From: Paramecium tetraurelia
Lineage: Eukaryota
NCBI GenBank assembly: GCA_000165425.1
Contig: CT867986.1
Location: 434,001 to 498,000, forward strand
Direction: 5' to 3'
DNA: 64,000 bases
In this document: positions 52,460 through 64,000 of the stretch, in pieces
Layout: each line of letters begins with the position of its first letter
How positions within the stretch are numbered: position 1 is the stretch's first letter
The notes under the pieces: model-generated
What the model was told of the DNA's origin: nothing
The model's database searches: none
What the model saw: only the letters and a program-made list of their open reading frames with translations
Made by a program: the position numbers and the translations under genes

Positions 52460-53600
52460 ATGGGAAATGTTTGTTTTCGAGAAGAATTCGTCTAAAACGA
52501 TATAGTTAAACTGAAATTTGATGAAGATGATCTCCACGCAACTGCTATAAGTATCTAAGGGAGGGAAACAAAATAATTGGCATAATTATCTGATTTTAAG
52601 AAATTAAAGTTACTTGGAAAAGGGGCGTATGGAAGAGTCATGTTAGTTGAATACGATAAAAATGGGAAATAGAAGTTTTATGCGATGAAGATATTAGAGA
52701 AGAAGAATATTAGAAAGGAATCTCAAATTAGACATGTTTTGGATGAAAGAAAAATATTGGAGAAGTCTAATTCCAATTTTGTTGTTAAGTAATGCTCTTA
52801 TATAAATGTCTAGACTCAGGTATGCATTTTAAAATCATGCTCGGTTGTATTTTATAGTGGATTATATGGAAGGAGGGGACTTATATTATCATATCAAATC
52901 ATAGCCTACATTTCCTGATAAGTTTATTAGGTTTTACGCTGCTGAAATACTGTTTGGATTATAGCATTTGCATTCTTTGAATGTAATATACAGAGATCTC
53001 AAACCAGAGAACATTCTCTTGAGTCAATCTGGACATATCAAATTATCTGATTTTGGGCTCTCTAAGATTCTTGATGATTTCAATGACAAGGCTGATACAT
53101 GCTGTGGAACAATAGATTATTTGGCTCCAGAAGTATTAGGCAATGAAGGATATTCATTTGCGTGTGATTTCTATAGTTTAGGTTGTCTAATCTACGAGAT
53201 GTATTTTGGAATGCCTCCTTTTTACAGTAAAAACAAAAGATTAATGATTTAAAATAGAAGTATTAGATTGGTTCCTTTTTCGGAATAGTGTCCTTAAGAT
53301 GCAAGAGATTTATTGACAAGGCTCCTTGAGGTGGATGTATGATATTTATGATGAAATAAGCCCAAAAAAAGACTAGGAAGAAAAGGAGCTGAATAAATAT
53401 TAAATCATGCATATTTTCTTGAATTAGATCTATAAAAGATGAAGGAATTGTAGATATAGGCACCCATTACAATAGTGAATTCAGATTACATCGATCTAAA
53501 AATGTTTAGGGAAAAAGTTCCATAAACACCTTAAAATAAAGGAACTCTAAAGATCTTTGAAGGGTTTACTTATTTGCAAAAGGAAAGTCAAGATTATTGA
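52460..53600 (+). CDS. AGC-family Ser/Thr kinase (PKB/SGK/S6K-like) with N-terminal acylation motif
   Basis: MGNVC start; [42 protein letters not shown]-terminal hydrophobic motif FEGFTY. Confidence 0.93.
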
Positions 53601-53652
53601 TAGTTTGTTTTCTCAGATCTGTAATTATATAAACGGTATTATAATAATAATT

Positions 53653-55933
53653 ATGTTACCAAAATAAAATGCATCTTCTTACATTATGGTTCTTCCAAGC
53701 AGTAATTAGTCATACATATCTACCGAATAGCCATTCGTTAAAAAATCAACAGTGCTGCCTGAATCCAGGAGTAAACTGATAATCCCTTACAATATGACTC
53801 CATTAGTAAAGGTATAGCAATCATCTGAATTTAGTTGTTTGAACCTATCAAGACTAAATTCATTCCAAGAGATACAATAAACCAATCAATTCAATACTTT
53901 AATGAACCTGCTGAATACTCTTAAGCTGAAATTGATTTGCTTGATTAATCACCAGATAAATCAATTTAGTAGCATCATCAAGAAAACTACAATCCTCTAT
54001 AACCAATTCAAATGCCATAATAACTAGATATTATATCATATCTATTATATCATATTCGTAGCTGTTTGTTGAAACCCCCATTTTAATTCCCTACTTTATG
54101 GATTATATCAATTGGGATTTGAATAAAATGAAGAGTATAGTTAGAACTGAGAGGATGATACTACTAAATATATGAATTTTTATAGATACTTTAAATTCCT
54201 AACTACTAAGATTTAGCAGAAGTATTATGCTGCCAAATCCCTAATCGCAATGTTGATTGAGAAATATTAAATAGTGCAGCGTTTGAATGAATTATAATTG
54301 GAGTTACAATATCATTTAGACAATTAAGTAGGAGATTTGGCTCATCAAAGTCTTGAGTAACTCAAGAAACATGAATGGGTTCAATAGGAGAGGGATTTGA
54401 AATATTAAGACAAAAGATATATCAAATACGTAGGGAAAGGTTTGAAGTATTAATGCTTACAGAACATGTTGAGGATTGTGCCTTATAAGAGACTTCTTTT
54501 ACAGATTAATTAAATTAATTAAGGGCAGAATTGGATCATTCTTATGACTTATTCGAAGAATAAATACTAATCTACATTTTCCATGATGTGGCTGGAGTGG
54601 AAGTATGCATGAATTATTAATTGATGATATCATGAACGAAGAAATCGAAGAATTGATATTTTTTAATTCTATCCCAAACTTCATCAAAGACTTAGACAAT
54701 TTTGGGGTAGAATTAAGACACCTAGTCAAACATCTGAGATTGATTATCAAATCATTGGCAGATAAGACTAATTAAAATCATATAGAGTTAAACAAAGCAC
54801 ATAGATCTTTGGAAATAGAAGTTAAAAAGATAATAGAACTCTTCAATGAGATCCCAGCCATGGTTACAAAGATGTAGCTTAGTATTAATAAAGCAAGGAT
54901 TATATTATAAAGGATAAAACTTCCACATAATAATTATAGATCTGAGAACTAAGAAATTTATGATGAATATTTATAATTATAAGGGGAAAATTCAAGACTT
55001 GAATAGTTAATATAGAGACGTATCAATAAAGCTGCAATCATTAGTCAAGTGTGTGAGGAGTAGAAGAATATTTTACAATTTGAAATAACATAATTAAAAG
55101 AGGATAATAAGAAGATAATTGAGCTTTATCAATTATTATAAGGAATATAAGAAAAGGAATTTTTATTGTCTAAGATATAATCATAAAGACAAGAGATATG
55201 GCATTAAATGAAATAGGTGAAATCAGAAGAAATATAATAATTAAATTATATTGAGTTGAAGCAACTAGAATAGAAATGCATTGATATCATTCGATATATA
55301 TCATCGTATTTTGGTTAGAATAGAATGCCTCATTAATTTATTGGATTAAAACTATGGGCAGAATCTGAGTTGATGGCTCTTAAAATAAAGTTTGATGTTC
55401 CTAAGGTAAACCTTAATCTTTGGACTCTTCTTTAAAATTAAGAATTGAGAAATTCGTAAAATGGGAATATAGTGAGGAATAAAATGAGGAACAGAATGTT
55501 TCATAATATCCAATACTTCCACAATCTGAATCAAGATATCAGTGTTTAATAGCCTGATGTTGAAATAGAGTTGGATAACTAATTTGAGTAGCTAATGAAG
55601 AGTTACTTTAATTAAATGAAACTTATACTATTTAGAAAAACATGTAGACAGCTGCAATATATTTAAATGACGATTACATGTAGGGTCTGCTTTCGTCGCA
55701 TGACTAAGATCGTCTGGTAAAGTTCAGGAGAAATGTGTCTCATTTGTAAATATTCTTTAAGCTAATGAAACAGAATTAGTATGTGGGGTATGTGGATGAG
55801 GTTGAATAATTGGCAGATCTGCTAATTCAAGGGAGGAAGTTGGATGCTAAATCTTTTATTAGGTCCTCTAGGTTTATTCTTAAAAATTACAGAGAGAATT
55901 TACTAAGTGCATTTTGAAATATTGAATGAATGA
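53653..55933 (+). CDS. Hypothetical coiled-coil protein
   Basis: Long code-6 ORF with tiny introns ending HFEILNE*; no domain recognised. Confidence 0.5.
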
Positions 55934-55957
55934 CTTGATTTTTTAATTAATTATTTT

Positions 55958-58900
55958 ATGAATTTCAGATAAGATCAAATTGATTATAAGGATCTGGTGC
56001 GAAGGAGAGAGGAGAAACGCCTGGTCATTGGAAAGAAGAAGAATCAATTTGCTACAAGTATCAAGCTTATTAACAACGTAGATTCACTTTCAAATAATGA
56101 AGAGGTGTACAAACAGTTATATCGCTTTGATCCAGAGGTATGGAAGTTTTCAAATAAAATAGAGAGAATTATTGAGCGAGTACAGTCTAGCTAAGAATGA
56201 GGAACAGCCTATCTAATAAGCAGGGCCCATAGAACAGTCACAAGAGGAGCCAATAGAGAGGTAGGAGCAAGTATTGATTGGATAATAAAATTAGGCTTAG
56301 CCAGACAATGTCACATATACAGGAATGGTGAAGGGATTATTTAAGGAGAAGGTGCAAGTATCTAAAATACAAAAAGCCAATTACATAGATGCTACTGTCT
56401 TCCATTAATATTAGAAATTAATTTAAACTGGGGAAGATGCCATCAAATTTTTTGCCAAGTACGGAAACACTACTCCAATTAAATTCATTAATTGTGTGAG
56501 CAAGGCTGGATTCATTGAACTCTAATGCGAAGCTTACAATAAGAAAGACAAATTGAGACGTCAAAATAACACTGAGGGCGCTGAACTTGAGTTGCCTATG
56601 GAATTCAATAAAAGTAAAGAACCCTTCCGACCTTATGACCTGATTGTTGTCAAAACAAGGGAAAACCAAAAGGAATAGACATTAAGAGAATATTATACCA
56701 TATCTGCCCATGGAATTGTCCATGTTTATACTGATAAAGGGAAGAAGAGAATGCAAGGTGATTCTAGCACTGAAGTCATCTCACTTTCTGATTGGATGCA
56801 TGAGAGTACTATGTTCAATATTATCACCAATATTTAATTTTTCAAAAATTATGCCATAAGTAATAACTTTATATAATTCTAGCCAAAATCTTTAATATTT
56901 GGAAATCCAACGTCAGATACAATCTATTTAGTAAGACCAGAAAAAGGTTGATACATGAATCCTTTGTAGCCAAAGCCAGCCTTTGCTCAGCACTTGATGG
57001 ACATCAATCAAATGATGTATGAGTTACAACTCCAGAAAACCCTAAGCAACAGCATTCAATAAGCCAATAAAACTTGGGAAGCTGATGATTTCTTCAAAGG
57101 AGATCAAAAGAAAGCCAGATCAAGATGCCTCTAAGCATTATGATTCTGTGATTGACAAAGTCTTATAAAAATTAGACACTGTCTGTAAAGAAGTTATTGA
57201 TAGAACAAACCAAAACAATTAATAAGAAAATGAAGAAGCCAGATTTGGATAATAAGTCAAATAGAAACCTATGAATGAGGAGAGGAAGGAAAAGGAGGAA
57301 AATGCCTTACTTTTACAATTGGCAGAAAAAGACAAAGGCAGATTACATTTGTTCATCAAATTGGTCGATTATATGACAGTCGAAACACTTGTGTCTATCA
57401 ATTAGACATCTATGAGCATGTTATTAGAGGAAATGAAAAAGGAACGTAAAAATGGATTGTTCAATACAGCAGTGAATTTTGATGTTTAAATATTCACACC
57501 TGACGAAAAAGAAATCTCAGAACATCTGAAATGCTTATTAGATGACATGATTGTGGTTATGAGAAATACTGCTAGAGTAATATCTCATTAAAGTATGATT
57601 GGATACATAAAGAACACTAAATTAGGAGAATTGCTATCTGAATAAAAAGAAAATAAGGATTGCATAGCTGATGTCCAAGGTATCATTACTGATAGCATTG
57701 AATATTAAAATATCAAAAATGAAATATTTGAAAAAGTAACTAGTGATTTTCAAGCTGCAGAAGTCTATGTCAATACAAACTACATGAGATGTAAACCCAT
57801 TTATGAATTTTTAAATACTTGGAATTAAGGAGATTTTGAAAATAAGGAACACACCCTCGATATCATTAAATCTCATGTTATGGAACTTAAAAAATGGTTG
57901 GCTGATATCAACTTTTATATTAAGGATATTGCTAAAGGAATTCTTAATGTGGATGGCAAGAAAATTAAAAACAAACTCTAACCATAGGTTGTTACCAAAT
58001 TAGAGAATTTTAAGGATTACCTCTACAAATTGATGTAAAAGAAAGCCAATCAAACTTTAACTACATTATAGACATACACCTCTAATTTATCTAAGAATCC
58101 CTAAAATCTCAAAGAGTATGCTGAATTTATAGAAGCTATCCAAGAGGCTGAATAAAATATCAAAGGACTCGAAACAGCAAAAATAGAAGTTGAAGCTATG
58201 CATTCTCTATTAAAATCTAAATTTGATTTGAATCCTTTGAAGAACTCTGACATCGTTATGATGGACGACATTCAAGCTGAATATTTGAGACTGACTTTGA
58301 AAATCAAAGAAGCTGAAGAATTATGTAAAGAAAGAAAATAAGAAATGATGAAGAAGCATGAAGCTGAATTCATTAAATTCATTACCAATATTCAAAATAC
58401 AACTTCATCAGTCAATAAAGGAAAATTAATATTAGAAGAAACATAACCTGCAGATGCATTACAATAATTAAATGAAATTAAGACCAGATCTTTAGACAGA
58501 TTCAAAGAATTAGATAAGAACTATTAGCACTATGCCAAATTGATGGGATTGAGTGTTACAACAAATAAGGATTTACAAGAATTGGAAGCTACTTATAATG
58601 ATCGAAGAATGCTTTGGACTCATTCTGATAAATTCAACAAGTTATATGAAGATTTGTAAAAAAACATATTTACCACCTTGAATGTAGAAGAAATAGAAAA
58701 AGAAATGAAAAGTTATGAAATTGGAATTTTGAAGTTAAGATAAAACATTAATAATCTATCAAAGGAAGGAAGAGATAAAGTATTAGATCAACATGCTAAT
58801 AGAGTCGGTAATGTTTCATAATTTATGCCCGTTATACAAGCATTAGGAAATAAGGATCTAAGACCTAGACATTGGAAGAAAATATTTGAAGATCTAGGAT

Positions 58901-61900
58901 CTGCTTGGTAACCAGGAAAAACATTTACACTCTAAGAATTGATAGCTGATGGCGTCATGAATAAGAAGGATAAGATAGAAGAAATATCAGCCAAGGCATC
59001 AGGTGAAGCTAGTATTGAAGCACAAATTGAAGATATTAAGTCAAAGTGGTCTTAATTATCATTCATAGTCAATCATTATAGAGAAGCTAAGGATAAATTT
59101 ATTATTGGTTCTTTAGATGATATTATTGCAGCATTGGATGACCATTAATTAAAAGTTTAAACAAAGTTGGGAACTAGATTTGTTGCTGAAATTAGACCCA
59201 GTTGTTGAGGAATGGGAAAGAAAGTTAGTTCTCATTTCAGATATCATTGATGAATGGCTATCATGTCAAAGATAATGGATGTATTTAGAAAACATTTTCA
59301 GTGCTGATGATATTTAAAAATAATTACCTTAAGAAACAACTAAATTTATGGGGGTTGATAAATTTTGGAGAGACATTATGATGAAAACATTCAAAAGACC
59401 ATTAGTATAAGATTGTTGTAATTCTGAAGAATTATTAAAGAAGTTTTAGATTAATAATAAAATACTGGAAGATATTTAAAAAAGCTTAGATAATTACCTA
59501 GAAACAAAGAGATAAGCCTTTCCAAGATTTTACTTTTTGTCAAATGATGAGTTATTGGAAATTTTATCATAAACTCGTAATCCTCATGCAGTTTAAGCTC
59601 ATTTAAGAAAGTGTTTTGATAACATAAATAGAATAAAATTCTCTGATATTGAAGATTCAACTGAAATTATTGCAATGTAATCAGCAGAACCAGAGACAAT
59701 GCCTGAATTAGTTCCATTTTCAACAATAGTTATGGCTTAAGGTCCAGTAGAACATTGGCTATTGAGAATTCAAAATATGATGGTTAAATCATTATATGAT
59801 ATTACTAAGAAGGCATATTTAGCATATCCATAAAAGGAATTAGAGAGAGATGAGTGGTTATTCGACTACCCAGCATAACCAGTTTTGACAGTTGATTTGA
59901 TAAAATGGACAGAAGGATGTACAACAGCAATTGAGAGAATGGGCATGGGTAGAAAGACATCATTATCATAATATTACGATTTTATGGTCTAATTATTGAA
60001 TAGGGAAGTATCAATTGTGAGAGGAGATCTGAATACTCTTCAAAGAACATTGATGGGTGCTTTGATTGTGTTGGATGTACATGCTAGAGATGTTGTTGCA
60101 ACTATGGTTGATAAGAATGTAGCATCTTTGAATGATTTTGAATGGGCTAAACAATTGAGATATTATTGGGAGGCAGATGTAGACAATTGTGTAGTCAGAT
60201 AAACCAATACAAGATTCATTTATGGTTATGAATACTTGGGTAATGGACCAAGATTAGTTATTACTCCACTTACTGATAAATGTTATATGACATTGACCGG
60301 AGCATTACATTTAAATTTTGGAGGTGCTCCTGCAGGACCTGCTGGTACTGGTAAAACTGAGACAACCAAGGATTTGGCTAAAGCATTAGCTGTTCAATGT
60401 GTGGTGTTTAATTGTTCTGATGGTTTGGATTTCAAAACTATGGGTAGATTCTTTTCAGGATTAGCATAATGTGGAGCTTGGGCATGTTTCGATGAATTTA
60501 ATCGTATAGACATTGAAGTCTTGTCAGTCATAGCCTAATAAATATTGACTATATAATAGGCTATTAGGTAGAAAGTGGATCAATTTGATTTTGAATCTCG
60601 TACAATTCCTTTGAATAGAAGATTTGGAGTATTTATTACAATGAATCCAGGATATGCAGGTAGAACTGAATTACCAGATAATCTTAAAGCTTTATTCAGA
60701 CCAGTAGCTATGATGATTCCCGATTATGCTATGATTGCAGAAATCATTCTATTTTCAGAAGGATTTGAAGGTGGTAGAATATTAGCTCGTAAGATGGTTA
60801 ATTTATATTCATTATCATCTGAACAATTAAGTAAACAAGATCATTATGATTTTGGTATGAGAGCAGTCAAATCAGTATTGGTTATGGCAGGTGCCTTACG
60901 TAGAAAGAATGCAAATAAACCTGAGAATGAAGTGCTTATCAAAGCAATGAAGGATAGCAATGTACCAAAGTTTCTTGAGCATGATCTACCATTATTCAAT
61001 GGAATCATCAAAGATTTATTCCCAGAAGTGGATATGAAAGAAGAAATCGATAAATAATTAGTTGATGCTATTACAAATTAACTCAAATTAATTCACTATG
61101 ATGATCCAGCTGCATATAAAAAGAAGATCTGCTAATTGATGGAAACCATTTAAGTGAGACACGGAGTCATGGTTGTTGGTCTAACTGGTACTGGTAAGAC
61201 TACATTAATACATACTCTTGCAAGAGCTATGGAATAATTAAACAAAGAAGGATCTTAAGATTATTATCATAAAGTTGTGTAAAAGTAAACATTGAATCCA
61301 AAATCAGTTACAATGAATGAATTGTTTGGTTATACTAATGTGTTAACAAATGAATGGACAGATGGTATTGTTGCTAGTATAGTAAGAACTGCAGTTACAG
61401 ATACAACTGATCAGAAGAAGTGGATCATTTTCGATGGTCCTGTAGATGCACTTTGGATTGAAAATATGAATACAGTGTTGGATGATAATAAGATGTTATG
61501 TTTAAACAATGGTCAGAGAATTAAGTTGCCTGCAACATTCACTATGATGTTTGAAGTATAAGATTTGGCAGTTGCATCTCCAGCTACAGTAAGTAGATGT
61601 GGTATGGTTTATATGGAACCACATCATCTAGGATGGGAACCATTAGTAAAGACTTGGGGAGTCTAATTGAGAGAATAATATATGAAAGACGATAAGGTTC
61701 CAACATATGTAGATACTCTAATTGATAAGATTGAGCATTTCTTTAAAGATAACTTGAAGGTTGTGAGAGAAGAATTCAAAGAGAAAATTCCAACTACTGT
61801 TAACAATATCTTGAAATCACTACTAAATTTGGCTTAAATCAATCTTAAATTATTGACTGATACAGTTGTTCTAGAGAAGTTGAACAAATTTGATATGGAA

Positions 61901-64000
61901 TCTCATATTGCAATGGTATTGATTTTCAGTTACATCTGGAGTGCTGGAGCAAATCTACATGATTCTAGTAGATCTTAATTTAGTTAGTATTTGAAAGGAA
62001 AGATCATTTCACTATTCAGTGGATTCCCATTTGAAGGAGATGTCTATGATTACTATTGTGATTACAAAACTAAGGAATTTAAACCTTGGACTGAGAAAAT
62101 CTCAGAGTTTAAATATGATTCAAGCATACCTTATTTCAATATCCTTGTACCAACAAGTGACACAGTCAAATTCAAATATTTGATCACTCAATTGATTGAA
62201 GGAGGATTCAATATTCTTCTATCAGGAGAAACTGGTACTGGAAAAACTGTTATTATAAATGAATACTTGTATAGTTTAGAATCAGAAAGGTTTGTGTTCT
62301 CTACACTGAACTTCTCTGCATAAACTAGTGCCAAGAACTTATAAGATCTATTTATGGATAAAGATAAGTTCATGAAAAAGAAGAAAGATCTGTTAGGTCC
62401 ACCAGCTGGTCGTAAAATGATCCTCTTTATTGATGATGTTAACATGCCTGCATTGGAAAAGTATGGTGCACAACCACCAAATGAATTGTTTAGATAAATC
62501 ATCGATTAAGGTGGATTCTATGATCTCAAGAAGTTGTACTTCATGTATGTTAAGGATTGTCAATTCATTACAGCCTGTGCACCTCCTGGAGGTGGACGTA
62601 ACCCTGTTACTCCTCGTCTATTCAGGCATTTCAACCAAACCTGGTGTCCTGATCTCTCTTAAAGTTTCCTGGAAGTCATTTTCACTGCTATTCTTAAAGG
62701 ATTTCTTATGGAATAAAATAAAGGATTGGACAAATTTGCATCTTACATTGTCAAATCAAGTGTCGAAATCTACTTTAAAATTACCAAGGAGTTGTTACCT
62801 ACTCCAACCAAGTCTCATTATACTTTCAACTTGAGAGATCTCAGCAAAGTTATCTAAGGAATTTTATAAATTAGATATGAAAACTTAACTAATAAGGAAA
62901 TGCTCATTTAATTGTGGACACATGAATCACAAAGGGTATTCTAAGATAGATTGGTTGATGACAAAGATAGAGATTGGTTTTTGACTCTTTTATTGGGACA
63001 CACTCAGAGAGTCTTTGAATTTGAATGGGAAAAACCTCAAGTTTAGAATCTACTCTTTGGTGATTATAGCAACGCTAATAAGGATTATATTAGAATTGAT
63101 AATCCATAAGAATTGCCACGTAAATTCTAAGACATCTTAAATATGTATAATGCATCTCAAAAGCAAATGAATCTTGTGTTTTTCACTGATGCCATCATGC
63201 ATCTTAGTAGATTATGCAGAATTCTGAGATAACCTAGAGGAAATGCACTTCTGATTGGTGTTGGTGGTTCAGGAAGACAATCACTGACCAAATTATCTGC
63301 TTAAACAAGAGGGTAAACTGTATTTAGCATAGAAATCACCAAGAATTATAGAGAGCAATCATGGAAGGACGATCTTAAGAAACTATTAAAATAAGCAGGA
63401 GCTAAGGACTAACCTGTAGTATTCTTGTTCTCTGATACTTAAGTTGTTAGAGAATCATTTTTAGAAGATATCAACAACGTTCTTAATACTGGTGAAGTAC
63501 CTAATTTATGGGCATCTGAAGACATTGAAGAAATTATCAATGATGTCAGGCCATTGGCAAAGGAATAGGGATTATACGATTCCAGAGATGTTTTGCTTAA
63601 ATTCTTTGTAAGTAGAGTAAGAGAGAATTTGCATATTGTCTTAGCATTCTCACCTGTCGGAGAAAAGTTGAGAAACAGATGCAGATAGTTCCCTTCAATT
63701 ATTAATTGTTGTACCATTGATTGGTTTGATAAATGGCCAGATGAGGCACTTAATAGTGTTGCAATGAAAGATTTGGGAGGTTAGGAACATTTGGGTATTG
63801 GAGATTTTGTAGACAGTTTGGCTAGCATGTCTGTCATCATCCATTCAGACGTGAAAACATATAGTGAAAGATTTTATGATGAATTAAGAAGAAAGAACTA
63901 TGTTACACCTACAAGTTATTTGGAATTATTGAAATTGTACATTGACATGATGAAGGTGTAATCTAATATATTACCTTAAAAAATAAAGAAATATACTGTT
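55958..64000 (+). CDS. Axonemal inner-arm dynein heavy chain, DNAH6-like (5' part; continues past the window end)
   Basis: [19 protein letters not shown]1 [40 protein letters not shown]2 GLTGTGKT, P3 GETGTGKT, P4 GVGGSGRQS. The short tail with [11 protein letters not shown] suggests the single-headed DNAH6 class. Three apparent +1 bases. Confidence 0.95.

Overview
AT-rich, very gene-dense eukaryotic DNA that behaves like a Paramecium-type ciliate macronuclear chromosome. Conserved proteins read through TAA/TAG as Gln (translation table 6, TGA the only stop), introns are tiny (about 21-29 nt, GT..AG) and many intergenic gaps are only 12-80 bp. The supplied standard-code ORF track is therefore fragmentary; I re-translated by eye with code 6, so boundaries may be off by a few bases. 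Recognisable genes: three tandem, divergent SAPS/PP6-regulatory-like paralogs, YEATS (Yaf9/GAS41), enolase, DHTKD1-type 2-oxoacid dehydrogenase E1, AMPK gamma-like, a probably dead PP2C, PX-WD40, a Rab-like GTPase fused to a SLOG/LSDAT (TRPM N-terminal type) domain, two protein kinases, phenylalanine hydroxylase, Trf4/5-like poly(A) polymerase, RPL23, a secreted MACPF perforin-like protein with a putative beta/gamma-crystallin-like tail, a RING/IBR-like protein, two ankyrin proteins, CTL/SLC44, a divergent E2, intron-containing tRNA-Tyr, SNU13, an SR splicing factor and the 5' part of an inner-arm dynein heavy chain. The most interesting candidates are the GTPase-SLOG fusion, the MACPF-crystallin-like protein, the SAPS-like trio, the PP2C pseudophosphatase and a possibly mitochondrial PAH. 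Several conserved genes carry single extra bases, most likely assembly errors.
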